DNA from: a virus
Lineage: Duplodnaviria; Caudoviricetes
DNA: 48,272 nt
Reading direction: 5' to 3' (one strand)
IMG/VR virus record: IMGVR_UViG_3300037484_000394
Span: 1 to 48,272 of that record
The notes under the pieces were generated by a model. That model saw only the letters and a program-made list of their open reading frames with translations. It ran no database searches and was not told the DNA's origin. This document shows positions 27,216 through 36,573 of this stretch, piece by piece. The position numbers were made by a program, and so were the translations under genes. The first letter of the stretch is position 1; every line of letters begins with the position of its first letter.

Positions 27216-28125
27216 AAGATGGGTCGTGCTCTCAGCATCGGTTCTGCTCTTGATCATGGCTATGATCGTCACGCCGGCAGCGGCGCAAGACCCTGGGCCT
27301 GTGACCGGGGCATTGGCGACTCTGGCTGCGGCGACTGCTCAAGCGCAGATGATTCGACAGGCGCAGGAGGCAACCTATGCCGCGCAGAGGGCGACGATCC
27401 AGGCGGTGATGATCGAGCAGACCCGGACTGCGGCGCAAATGCAGGCCAGTGCAACCCGTCAAGCTTTTTCAGTACAGGGCACAGCGACGGCGCTCAGCGC
27501 ACAGGCTACACAATCAGCGCTGGATGAATTGAACCGACAACGGGCTATGACGGCAACAAGTCAGGCGCAGAATCTACAAGCGACCCGAAACGCACAAGAG
27601 GCAGCAGCGACGGCGGCGGTATTGAGTTCGCAAGCCACAAGCGAAGCCTATCAAGCACAGGCGACGCGATTGCGAGCAATCGAAGCGGTTGCGATCGCGG
27701 CGCAAGCCACAGATGCGGCGCGACTTTCGGAAACCTACGCTACACGTCAAGAACGTTTCTCACTCGGCTTGCTGATTGTCGAGGTTGGATTCATCATAGG
27801 GGCACTGTTGATTATCGGTTGGCTGACAAGAACTCTGGTGCTGTGGGCCAAGCGATTAGCACCACAGCCAGTGAGTGATGCGGCGTTGCTTGATTTTGCT
27901 AAGCAAAATCGACGTACCAACTTGGCCGAAGTGATGACCCATGACGGCGCTGTGTACAGCGCAGCAGAGCCGACCGTGATCGAACAGCAGGCAGAGCCAG
28001 AGGCGCGTATGCCTGAGTTTGTGCAAGTGGTAGATGATCCGCGCATCGTGGAGGCTCTCGACCGATGGGCGGAAAGATTCGATGCAAGCGCAGCAGAAGA
28101 CCATGGAGGAACCCATGCAGGATAG
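27205..28125 (+). CDS. Membrane protein with QAT-rich helical repeats
   Basis: Signal peptide plus a second TM segment. Confidence 0.7.
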   Translation: MMNKRWVVLSASVLLLIMAMIVTPAAAQDPGPVTGALATLAAATAQAQMIRQAQEATYAAQRATIQAVMIEQTRTAAQMQASATRQAFSVQGTATALSAQATQSALDELNRQRAMTATSQAQNLQATRNAQEAAATAAVLSSQATSEAYQAQATRLRAIEAVAIAAQATDAARLSETYATRQERFSLGLLIVEVGFIIGALLIIGWLTRTLVLWAKRLAPQPVSDAALLDFAKQNRRTNLAEVMTHDGAVYSAAEPTVIEQQAEPEARMPEFVQVVDDPRIVEALDRWAERFDASAAEDHGGTHAG

Positions 28126-29485
28126 GATAGTCGTCAATGCACCGCGCAACTTGCCTACGCCAGTTGTTTCGGAAGTCGAACGGATGGGCTACGGGTTGCT
28201 GCGCGGCCTCGACCGGATGGGATTCACGCATGAGGACAAGAGCGGTGAGATTTTCACCGTGCGCTTTTCGCACGTGGCGTTGTATGGTGGAGCATGGGCC
28301 TCTTTCACCGTGGACGCTGAGCGCCTGTGGCATTTCAGCGTGGCCGATCTGAGCAAGCCGCCCGTGTTGGCGCAACTTGCGGCGGTGGTGAAAAAGCCTG
28401 TGCGGGCTGAAACAAGCTCGGGCCTGACCTACGCCATTGAGCTTCAACCTAAGCCAAAGGTGAGATTACCTGACAAGGTTGTGCTCGATTTGGAATCGAG
28501 GCCGGAAGGAGATCTGCTTGTGCCTATCGGCGTGGGCCGTACCGGCGCCATGTGGCACGGTCTTCCAGAGATGGGACACACATTGATCGTGGGTGAGACG
28601 GGATCGGGTAAAAGCTCGCAACTGCATTCTATGCTGGCGGGGGTGATGTCGTGCGCGACGTCTGAGCAAGTTCGGTTTGCGCTGGTTGATCCCAAGGGAC
28701 ACGAGTTCAGCGTATGGAAGAACGCGCCGCACACGATCTCGCGTGCTATCACCGTTGAGGAGGCCGAAAGCCTGGTGGGTGAATTGGCGATAGAGTCTAA
28801 TCGGCGAGGAGATCTGATGGACACGATGCTGGGCGTGTGCCGGGACCTGGCGACCTACAATGCCAAATCGGGCAAGGCTGAGCCGTACATTGTGTGCGTG
28901 TTCGACGAATGCCTGGATATGCTGGGTGAGAGCCGGTCGCTGGACACATCGCTCAAGATCATTGCTCAGCGAGGCCGCTCGGCCGGCGTGTTCCTGTGGT
29001 TGGCGACCCAGCACAGCACGGCCCTGGCCGGGATGCCGCGCGTGATCAAGGTCAACCTGAGCACTCGATTCGTGTTCCGAGTGGCTGACGAGGATGCGGC
29101 GCGCAATGCGGGCTGCCCCGGGGCAAATAATATTCCTCGCGATCGGCCGGGCCGGATGCTGGCCAAGATTGACGGCAAGCCTCAAGAGTTGCAGGCGTAT
29201 TACTTGCCTGACGATGATTTGACGCGCGTGGCGCAGGCGGTGACGGGGGAGAGAGTTGCAGAGCCAGTCATGGATGAGGGGGAGGCCGAACTCTTGACGT
29301 GGGCGAGGGATCGCAACGAGGGCTATTTGTCTATTGCGGATGTGCAGCGCAAGCGCAAGGTTGGGTACACTGAGGCCAGGCGAATAACTGAGGGCCTGGA
29401 ATCGCGCGGTTTGTTGGAGAAGGACAAAGCCAAATCAAACCGGAGGCGGATAACGGTCAAAGTGCGCGAGTCGCTTACGGTTTGA
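28115..29485 (+). CDS. FtsK/SpoIIIE-family DNA translocase with C-terminal gamma (wHTH) domain
   Basis: Walker A GETGSGKS, VDPKG, VFDE, RGRSAGV...ATQ; gamma-like SIADVQRKRKVGYTEARRITEGLESRGLL. Confidence 0.88.
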   Translation: MQDRIVVNAPRNLPTPVVSEVERMGYGLLRGLDRMGFTHEDKSGEIFTVRFSHVALYGGAWASFTVDAERLWHFSVADLSKPPVLAQLAAVVKKPVRAETSSGLTYAIELQPKPKVRLPDKVVLDLESRPEGDLLVPIGVGRTGAMWHGLPEMGHTLIVGETGSGKSSQLHSMLAGVMSCATSEQVRFALVDPKGHEFSVWKNAPHTISRAITVEEAESLVGELAIESNRRGDLMDTMLGVCRDLATYNAKSGKAEPYIVCVFDECLDMLGESRSLDTSLKIIAQRGRSAGVFLWLATQHSTALAGMPRVIKVNLSTRFVFRVADEDAARNAGCPGANNIPRDRPGRMLAKIDGKPQELQAYYLPDDDLTRVAQAVTGERVAEPVMDEGEAELLTWARDRNEGYLSIADVQRKRKVGYTEARRITEGLESRGLLEKDKAKSNRRRITVKVRESLTV

Positions 29486-29567
29486 GCGAGGAGTGGCAAG
29501 GGTTTGTGTGGTTTGCGCGGTTTGAGGGTTTGCGCGGTTTTTGGCCTGAAACCCACCCCTTGCAGGC

Positions 29568-29595
29568 TGAACACATAATGTAGCTTGTGGGACAT
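29568..29595 (-). other. dif-like site (minus strand ATGTCCCACAA-GCTACA-TTATGTGTTCA)
   Basis: Matches the consensus; right border of the FtsK cassette. Confidence 0.7.
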
Positions 29596-29605
29596 GGGAG
29601 GGGAC

Positions 29606-30031
29606 ATGATTTTTCAACGTACATACCAATGGGTGCTAGATCGGTCGCCGAATACCGGAAAGCCCAAGACGCAGACCAGGCGGCTGGCCAAGGATGGCGA
29701 CATCATCATCACTCCGTCAAACCATCCGCTCGACCACACGGCTCGACTGAGCTCGCCGAAGTCAATCTTTGCGGTCGAGAGGAATGGGCGATTGCTTTAT
29801 GAGGTTGGGAGGACGTATGCGATCCAACCCGGAAGAGGAAAGCACACATTGGGCCGAATTCGATTGCGGGCGATTGTGCGCGAGGTTGCGCAGGAAATCA
29901 GTGAAGGCGACGCCAGGGCAGAGGGGTTTGCTTCGCCGGCGGAGTTCCGAGAGGTGTGGATTGAGTTGTATGGGCGCGGTGAGTTGGAGCGGTTGTGCTA
30001 TGCGCTGGTAATTGAAAGGGTAATGGGATGA
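29606..30031 (+). CDS. ASCH/PUA-like domain protein
   Basis: KTQTRR and ISEGDARAEGF motifs. Confidence 0.8.
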   Translation: MIFQRTYQWVLDRSPNTGKPKTQTRRLAKDGDIIITPSNHPLDHTARLSSPKSIFAVERNGRLLYEVGRTYAIQPGRGKHTLGRIRLRAIVREVAQEISEGDARAEGFASPAEFREVWIELYGRGELERLCYALVIERVMG

Positions 30032-30061
30032 TGGGAAGCCGCAAGGGGGTTCCCCTACGGG

Positions 30062-30235
30062 ACATATAATATAGTTTTCTTGGACAGACGGCATGTCAAG
30101 TGGCGTGCACAAATAGAGAGTAATGGACAAGTGAGATCTCTTGGTTATTATGATACTGCCGAAGAGGCTGCGAGGGCGTACAACGATGCCGCGACTAGAT
30201 ACCATGGTGAATTTGCCAAGCTCAATGATATGTGA
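30062..30235 (+). pseudogene. AP2-domain fragment (remnant of an HNH-AP2 endonuclease)
   Basis: KWRAQI...LGYYDTAEEAARAYNDAATRYHGEFAKLN; no ATG start. Confidence 0.7.
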
Positions 30236-30246
30236 GATTGAATTGG

Positions 30247-30275
30247 TTGACAAAACAGATTATATGTTCTATACT
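30247..30275 (+). promoter_or_regulatory. Promoter TTGACA-17-TATACT heading the lysis/morphogenesis operon
   Basis: Consensus elements; the spacer contains a degenerate LexA-like AGATTATATGTTCT. Confidence 0.75.
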
Positions 30276-30337
30276 AATTGCAGTGCACTGTCCGTGTGAT
30301 GGGTGGTTGCTCTCCCAGCAGCCAGGTCGGGCGACGA

Positions 30338-30451
30338 ATGACTGAGGATGAATTCAAGCGAAAGGCGTGGCAGCATATCCTTGAACTGGTGCGGCTCTTG
30401 TGCATGTACTGGTTCAATAAGCCGTTTCTCGGTGGAGGAAATTTGAAGTAG
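30338..30451 (+). CDS. Small leader ORF (37 aa, MTEDEFKRKAWQHILELVR...)
   Basis: Lies between the promoter and the terminator; weak RBS. Confidence 0.4.
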   Translation: MTEDEFKRKAWQHILELVRLLCMYWFNKPFLGGGNLK

Positions 30452-30516
30452 AGCTAACCGCCATGTGATCGTCGCCGCGCCCATTGGCCCGGCACAATAT
30501 TTCAAGAGTCTGTCTG

Positions 30517-30554
30517 AAGCGCTCACTCCGAAAGGAATGAGTGCTTTTTTATTT
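30517..30554 (+). terminator. Intrinsic terminator in the late leader
   Basis: AAGCGCTCACTCC-GAAA-GGAATGAGTGCTT followed by a T tract. Confidence 0.7.
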
Positions 30555-30642
30555 CCCTTCGGCCCTCATCCCCAACCCTTCCCCCATACTTGGGGGAAGG
30601 GAGATAAAGGATGGGGGAAGGGAATTGTTGAAGGAGGTTCTC

Positions 30643-31041
30643 ATGCGTTGCTTCACGATTCGTGTTCTCGTCACTCTAGCGACCTTGCTCATGGTCGCCA
30701 TTCTTAGTGTCGGCATTGCGCTGGCCCAAGGCGCCGAGCCGCCAGCACCGCCACAGGTTCCCAGTTTGGTCGAGTTCCTACGGTTGCTGGCCAGCGGCGT
30801 GATCGTTGGCCCAGCGATCGCGTTTCTGTTCGAGCGTTTCAAGTGGTTCCAGAACCTATCAAGCGACGGGCGCTTCTGGGTCGTGTTTGCACTTAGCATC
30901 GGGTTGCCTCTCTTGGGAGCGACCTTGCTGCAATTCGTTCCGGCAGATGTATGGACTCAACTTGATCCATTTTGGAATGCGCTGGCTACCGGCGTCCTGA
31001 TCTGGGTTGGCTCCCAACTCGCGCATAGGTTTGCTAAATAG
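30643..31041 (+). CDS. Holin-like multi-TM membrane protein
   Basis: AAGGAGG RBS; about 4 TM segments; in the lysis region. Confidence 0.6.
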   Translation: MRCFTIRVLVTLATLLMVAILSVGIALAQGAEPPAPPQVPSLVEFLRLLASGVIVGPAIAFLFERFKWFQNLSSDGRFWVVFALSIGLPLLGATLLQFVPADVWTQLDPFWNALATGVLIWVGSQLAHRFAK

Positions 31042-31049
31042 CGGGCTCC

Positions 31050-31409
31050 ATGACCGAGCAACAAATCCTCGCGTTCGCTTGGCGACTCGGGCCTTGGGCC
31101 GGGCTTGTCATTTGTGTGACTTATATCATCGCCAATAAGGTCGGACCGATCTGGTTGGATGATTGGCGCGAGCAGCGCCGGAAGGCACGCGAAGCATTAG
31201 ATGTAGAGCGCCAGGCGCGGATCGAGGAAGAACGGGAGGATCGGAAGAATATTATTCTGTTCTATGAGCGTCTCATGGCTCAGAACAGCGAGATGACGAA
31301 ATTCATCGCCAATGCTTCCGAAGCGATTCACGAGTTCACCCGCGCAATGGACTTAAATACCCTGCAGCTTTATCGCTTGACTCAGGCCGTCAATGAATTA
31401 CAGAAATGA
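31050..31409 (+). CDS. Single-TM coiled-coil protein (possible lysis accessory)
   Basis: N-terminal TM followed by a charged coil. Confidence 0.55.
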   Translation: MTEQQILAFAWRLGPWAGLVICVTYIIANKVGPIWLDDWREQRRKAREALDVERQARIEEEREDRKNIILFYERLMAQNSEMTKFIANASEAIHEFTRAMDLNTLQLYRLTQAVNELQK

Positions 31410-31418
31410 GACTCCAGA

Positions 31419-31628
31419 ATGCAAGACCCTAATGTACTCGACGGGATCAATCTACAAGCCGACGGAAAAATGTCAAACCATGATGCGCGATTGATTCGGA
31501 TGCGATTACGGCAAAGGATCAAGAGCAATTCGGATGAACTAGCGCGCTTGATCGAGGATCTCACCCGGTTGAAAAACGACATTGATAACATTGCCCAGAT
31601 CGAGTTCTTTGTGGAGGATGTCGAATGA
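31419..31628 (+). CDS. Hypothetical coiled-coil protein
   Basis: ORF coupled to the next gene. Confidence 0.5.
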   Translation: MQDPNVLDGINLQADGKMSNHDARLIRMRLRQRIKSNSDELARLIEDLTRLKNDIDNIAQIEFFVEDVE

Positions 31629-32527
31629 AATGGTGGCTGGGCCCGGTTATCGGAGTTTCTATTTTGGTTGGCATAGGATTTGCCTCGTGCGATAATCCAG
31701 CGCCGACTGTTTCTCCTATATCGCCTCTCCCAACCCCGACCGTCACCTCGCCGATTTTTCCCCTGGCTGTACCGACGGCGTTGCCCCCGATCGTGGTCCC
31801 GGGGAATCTTTTGTCGGATAGCAGTTTGGAAGGACCGTACCATTCACAAGATGGTATCCCGGAGATCAATGTTTCGACCGTTTGGCGGGCCTGGTTCGTG
31901 AATGATCCAGGTTGTCGCCCCGGGGATCCCGAGTGTTATCTTTCTGTTTGTCCCTCGAATTGTTTTCAGCCTTCAAAACCTCGTTGTGTCGCAGATCGTG
32001 GCTGCTGGTGGGCGAGGCCAGAGTTCAACCCCATAGACGTTGGAAAGGCGGCATATCGTGTCCATTCCGGCAGGTTGGCACAGATGTATTTTACGTATGG
32101 CCGAATGGGACAGGGTGGGCTAGTCCGGCGAGTGACTGGAATCACGCCAGGGGCATGGTTGGAGTTTTCGGCCTGGGTGCAAACCTGGCAGTGTTACAAC
32201 TATGGCGTTGATTGTGACTGGGGCAGGAAGAGTGACAAGCCCTACGATATGCACACAAAGATCGGGATTGATCCGACCGGCGGGATTGATCCGTTTTCTT
32301 CTTCTATCGTATGGTCTGGGGAGGCGCCGGCGTATGACCAATGGACGCAGTTCATTGTGTACGCGCAGGCGGCAGGGGATTCAGTGACGGTGTTTACTCA
32401 TGCGCGGGCCGAGTTCGACTATGCTCGCATGAATAATGACGTGTACGTGGATGACCTGGCGCTGGTGAGCATCCCGGCGTTGTCTCCTAAAGTTTATTTG
32501 CCTTTGATCATGAGGTGGGGGGAATAG
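31625..32527 (+). CDS. Exported protein with carbohydrate-binding-like beta domain and C-terminal YLPLIMR motif
   Basis: Signal/lipobox, NLL.D.SLEG, IGIDPTGG.DP, DVYVDD; Chloroflexi-type C-terminal tail. Confidence 0.7.
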   Translation: MKWWLGPVIGVSILVGIGFASCDNPAPTVSPISPLPTPTVTSPIFPLAVPTALPPIVVPGNLLSDSSLEGPYHSQDGIPEINVSTVWRAWFVNDPGCRPGDPECYLSVCPSNCFQPSKPRCVADRGCWWARPEFNPIDVGKAAYRVHSGRLAQMYFTYGRMGQGGLVRRVTGITPGAWLEFSAWVQTWQCYNYGVDCDWGRKSDKPYDMHTKIGIDPTGGIDPFSSSIVWSGEAPAYDQWTQFIVYAQAAGDSVTVFTHARAEFDYARMNNDVYVDDLALVSIPALSPKVYLPLIMRWGE

Positions 32528-32863
32528 ATGGGCAAGTACTTGGGGACGTGCATCTTGCTTCCGCAACGAACGATGTGGGAACGCTATGATTTCGCGTCCC
32601 ATTGTGTAGAGTTTTCGGCAGCACACGCCGCGACTTTGACGTTTAGTGCGGATGACGCGGCCCGGTATGACCGGATCATTTGCGTCAATCCCGGGTGGAT
32701 CGGGACGGGGTTGACTTTAGACTGGTTGCGCTCTCGCGGGTTTACGGGGGAATGGAATGTGATCGAGGTTACGACTGCCTGTGAGTTGTGGCTAAAGTTC
32801 TATAAAGAGGGCGTTCCCGGATGGTATTCCCCAAGGTGGATAGAAGCCAGGCGCGAAGCATAG
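32528..32863 (+). CDS. Hypothetical protein
   Basis: ORF within the operon. Confidence 0.55.
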   Translation: MGKYLGTCILLPQRTMWERYDFASHCVEFSAAHAATLTFSADDAARYDRIICVNPGWIGTGLTLDWLRSRGFTGEWNVIEVTTACELWLKFYKEGVPGWYSPRWIEARREA

Positions 32864-32884
32864 GTGCGTGGTTGCGAGGTCATC

Positions 32885-33532
32885 ATGGCAACTAGCAAGG
32901 ATATGTATCTCCGACAGTGTATTGCTTCAATTCGGGCGATGCTCGACGATATGGAGGCTGTGTTGGAGCAAAACGTGGTCGCTTCCGGTATTCCATGTTA
33001 CCCATGGTCGCAACGCGATCCACGATGGGGTGACGACTTGTTGGGGCTGGCGACGAATCGGAAATATACACTCGCTCAGTACGGGTGTCTTTTGACTGAC
33101 ATGGCCAGCGCGACCACCATGACACCGGGGGAGCTCAACAAGTGGCTTGCCGAGCGCAAGGCGTTTGCGGACAACGGCGAAGGCCAATTCAACAAGATCA
33201 TCCTGGACAGCTTTGTGCCGTTGGGATTCCGGCTGGGTAAGGATATGCTGTGTTTGAAGGTCGTGGCCCATATCCCAGAGGCTGCCAAATGCCTAGCGAC
33301 CGGCGGGATGATCATTGCCGGCGTAAGCCATAACGGCGTTACCGATAGTGTGCAACACTATGTGCGCGTGGTCGAGCTTACTCCCGATGGGAAAGACGCG
33401 ACGATCATGGACCCTCTGCGCAACCCTGGTGATGAGATCGTCCATGGGGTTGCACAATACGCAAACAGGTGGGGCAGCGATCCGGCGCATGTCTTTTTGC
33501 GCGTCATGTTCTATGAAGCTGTAAAGTCGTGA
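32885..33532 (+). CDS. Peptidase C39-like cysteine peptidase (putative endolysin)
   Basis: SQRDPRW...YGC...HYV...MDP (Cys-His-Asp). Confidence 0.75.
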   Translation: MATSKDMYLRQCIASIRAMLDDMEAVLEQNVVASGIPCYPWSQRDPRWGDDLLGLATNRKYTLAQYGCLLTDMASATTMTPGELNKWLAERKAFADNGEGQFNKIILDSFVPLGFRLGKDMLCLKVVAHIPEAAKCLATGGMIIAGVSHNGVTDSVQHYVRVVELTPDGKDATIMDPLRNPGDEIVHGVAQYANRWGSDPAHVFLRVMFYEAVKS

Positions 33533-33563
33533 TGCTGACTATGTTGGGAGGAGGTGATAAGCC

Positions 33564-33701
33564 ATGCTGGGGAGCGTTCCGTTGAAACTTTTGTTCGTCG
33601 TATTGGCGCTTGTATGTTTTGCGCTCGCATTTTTCAATGTGCCTCGTTATAACTGGATGTGCGGTGGGTTCTTTTTCACGTTGCTGGCGTTCATGGTGTG
33701 A
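33564..33701 (+). CDS. Small 2-TM membrane protein (45 aa)
   Basis: GGAGGTG RBS; MLGSVPLKLLFVVLALVCFALAFF... Confidence 0.6.
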   Translation: MLGSVPLKLLFVVLALVCFALAFFNVPRYNWMCGGFFFTLLAFMV

Positions 33702-33753
33702 TGCCCCACCCCTGGCCCCTCCCCTGGCGAGTACGCCAGGAGAGGGGAATGAT

Positions 33754-33781
33754 GTGGGAGATAACGGGGATTATGTGTCGA
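33754..33781 (+). other. dif-like site GTGGGAGATAA-CGGGGA-TTATGTGTCGA
   Basis: Matches the consensus; lies between the lysis and packaging genes. Confidence 0.65.
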
Positions 33782-33981
33782 GGACTTTGTGTTCGGGTGC
33801 ATGAATGAGTCGGGCACAGACACAACATGAGGCGAGATGGAGAAACCTGGCGCGTGAGGCTCAGCGTTGGGGAATCGTGACGAAGGCGAGTCGAGCCTGG
33901 GTTCGTTTTTGTCGGAGGCAGGCCAATCGTGCGGCGCGCAGGTTTGGGAAGGGGGCGTGCCGGTGGTAGGGGATTTCTTTA

Positions 33982-34716
33982 ATGGCGCAAGTGCGTGATA
34001 CCGGATTGCAATCTAGCGATGAATTGAGTGCGAAGTTGGCCAAACTCAGCCCGGCACAGGCGGCAGCGGTGCCGAGGATTGTGGCGGCGGAGTTGGCGGG
34101 AAGCTCGGTAGAGTCGCTATTCAATGGGCCGCACAAGATTTGCAGCCGGTCCACGTATTATCGGCAGCGGGGATGGGTGCACAAGGCCGAGTTCCAGGCG
34201 GTGCTGGAGCAAGCCCGCCGCGAGATCCGGAATCAGAATCTGTTGGGGATGGTGAACGATGCGATCTCGGAGCTGAAGGCGACGACGCCGTTGGCAGCGC
34301 GGGATTTGAGGCGGCAGATCGTGGGCGACCAGGCAGCGATAGATGCGCTCTTGGCGGTCGTACTGGAGCGGAAAAAGTCAGTGGAGGAACGCAATGCGGC
34401 CGTGCGTAGCTTGGCCGTGATCGCGACGCCGCAGGCAACGGATGCGTTGCTGGCTTTATTGAGTGATGCCAACAAGGAAGTCCGCCTGGTGGTGATCGAG
34501 GCTTTGGGGATTTCGGCGGCGGGCACGAATGTTCAGAGGCGATTGGCGGATATTGCAGTGTTGGATCGCGCGGACAAGTTGACGGCGAGCAAGGTGAAAA
34601 CACAGGAGGAACTTGACGCGGAGATTGCTGCGGAGATAGCCAGGGTAAGCGGCTCGATCTCAAACTCAAGTCCAAGTGATGTGATGGAGCCGGCTAAAGC
34701 CTTGACTCCGGGGTGA
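33982..34716 (+). CDS. Terminase small subunit candidate with HEAT-like repeat
   Basis: Directly upstream of terL; CSRSTYY..W HTH-like segment. Confidence 0.6.
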   Translation: MAQVRDTGLQSSDELSAKLAKLSPAQAAAVPRIVAAELAGSSVESLFNGPHKICSRSTYYRQRGWVHKAEFQAVLEQARREIRNQNLLGMVNDAISELKATTPLAARDLRRQIVGDQAAIDALLAVVLERKKSVEERNAAVRSLAVIATPQATDALLALLSDANKEVRLVVIEALGISAAGTNVQRRLADIAVLDRADKLTASKVKTQEELDAEIAAEIARVSGSISNSSPSDVMEPAKALTPG

Positions 34717-34723
34717 TTAGGAT

Positions 34724-36472
34724 ATGTTGTCTCCCGTTTCGACTCAAGGGCAGGATTGGAGGAGCTGGACACCAGAGGCCAAGTTGGCGCTGCTGGGCAG
34801 GCTGCGTGAGATGCCGACGCCTAATGAGGTGCAGTGGGCGCGGTATCAATCTGCTCCGGTGGCGTTCGCGCGAGACGTGTTGGGCGATGGGAATTTGACG
34901 GATGGACAAGTGGCTGTGTTGAATGCCGTGCGCGACAACAAGGTGACGATCGTGCAATCAGCGAACGCGGTGGGCAAGACGTTTGCCGCGGCGGATGTGG
35001 CATTGTGGTTTTTGCGTGTGTTCTCCCCGAGCAAGGTGATCACGGCAGCTGCGCCGCCGGAAGACAATTTGAAGCGGCTGCTGTGGGGAGAGGTCGAGAC
35101 CAAGTTGTTGAAAAAGCCCGACATTTTCAAGGACGCGGTGCCGGGCATTCTCAATATTCGGATGACGCCCGAATGGTGGATGGCGGGCGTGGCGATCCCG
35201 ATGAGCGGAACGCCAGCGGAACGCGAGGCGAAATTCAGCGGGAAACATTCGCCGCACTTGCTGTTCATCGTGGACGAGGCAGACGCAGTACCAGACGAGG
35301 TGTATAAGGGCATCGAAGCGTGCATGAGCGGCGGGCACGTGCGGCTGCTGTGTATGTTCAATCCGCGGTCGGCGAGCGGGTCAGTGTATCGGATGATCAA
35401 GGCGGGGGCGCAGGTGATTGTGCTGGATGCGTTTGATCATCCTAACGTGGTGAGTGGGCGCGAGGAGATCCCTGGCGCGGTGAGTCGTGCGATCACGGTG
35501 GAACGGGTCAACAAATGGAGCCGGCCTGAGACGGAGGATGAAGCGGGGGCGAGAGGGGCGACGCACGCATCGCCCCTACGAGGGAATGATTCGGAATGGT
35601 TCACGGTTCCAGCGGTGTTGGATGGCGCGACGGTGCGATTGGACGATGGGACGTTGACGCCGGCGTTGATCGGCGGGCAGCGGAGGCAGGTGACGAACCC
35701 GGCGTTGAGTTATATGACGCTGGCTCGATTTCCAGGCCAGGCCGAGAGCCAGCTCATCAGCCGCTCGTGGGTGGAAGCGGCGCAGCAACGATGGCTGGTG
35801 TGGAGGGCGCAACATGGTGATACGCCGCCCGTGGGTGTGCGCCCAATTCATGGGCAGGACGTGGCCGAGTTCGGAGGGGACAGCAACGTGGCGTGTTTCC
35901 GTTATGGTGGATGGGTGGCGTCGTTCGAGGCATGGAACGGGGTGGACGTGTTGGTAACGGGCGACACGGCGGCGGCACGAGCGCAAGAGCGAAACGCACG
36001 AGAGAGCTTTGTGGACGCGACGGGGATTGGCGCTGGTGTGGCGCCGCAGATGCAGCGTTGGTGGGCAATGCACCCAAGGCAACTACAAGGAGGGCAACCA
36101 CAAGAAGGGCAACCACAAGAAGGGCAACCACAAGGGTTGCCCCTACAAGAGGCTTTTGATTGTCGGGCGATTCCGGTGCACGTGGCCGGCGCGCCAACAG
36201 TAAAGCCCGATGAGGCCGAGTTCGGGTTGCTGCGAGATCAATTGTGGTGGGCTTGCAGGGAATGGCTTCGTGCTGACCCGGGGGCGATGCTGCCCCCAGA
36301 CGAGTTTTTGGCCGACGAGTTGTGCGCGCCGCGTTACCAGGTGCGCCAAGGCAAGTTAAAGATCTCGGACAAGGATACGTTGCGAACGATTTTGCGCCGG
36401 TCGCCGGACAGGGCGGATGCACTGTGTTTGACGTTTGCGCCTACCGAGACGGGGGCTTTGGTGTTGTGGTAG
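34724..36472 (+). CDS. terL: Terminase large subunit
   Basis: SANAVGKT, IVDEAD, NP, GQDVA, VDATGIG and SPDRADA motifs. Confidence 0.93.
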   Translation: MLSPVSTQGQDWRSWTPEAKLALLGRLREMPTPNEVQWARYQSAPVAFARDVLGDGNLTDGQVAVLNAVRDNKVTIVQSANAVGKTFAAADVALWFLRVFSPSKVITAAAPPEDNLKRLLWGEVETKLLKKPDIFKDAVPGILNIRMTPEWWMAGVAIPMSGTPAEREAKFSGKHSPHLLFIVDEADAVPDEVYKGIEACMSGGHVRLLCMFNPRSASGSVYRMIKAGAQVIVLDAFDHPNVVSGREEIPGAVSRAITVERVNKWSRPETEDEAGARGATHASPLRGNDSEWFTVPAVLDGATVRLDDGTLTPALIGGQRRQVTNPALSYMTLARFPGQAESQLISRSWVEAAQQRWLVWRAQHGDTPPVGVRPIHGQDVAEFGGDSNVACFRYGGWVASFEAWNGVDVLVTGDTAAARAQERNARESFVDATGIGAGVAPQMQRWWAMHPRQLQGGQPQEGQPQEGQPQGLPLQEAFDCRAIPVHVAGAPTVKPDEAEFGLLRDQLWWACREWLRADPGAMLPPDEFLADELCAPRYQVRQGKLKISDKDTLRTILRRSPDRADALCLTFAPTETGALVLW

Positions 36473-36518
36473 AGATTCTTCGGGCGATGAGTACATTGCC
36501 CTCAGAATGACAAGCGAG

Positions 36519-36562
36519 TTTCTTGCGCAGGAAATTAGACTGTGAATTTCGTGCGCACGAAA
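36519..36562. repeat. Two 16-bp palindromes, 28-bp period
   Basis: Copies start at 36519 and 36547. Confidence 0.85.
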
Positions 36563-36573
36563 TGCAGGAATAC

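Noticed and set aside
33805-33969. 54-aa Arg-rich ORF before the terminase small subunit
   Set aside because: No clear RBS or motif; not enough support to call.
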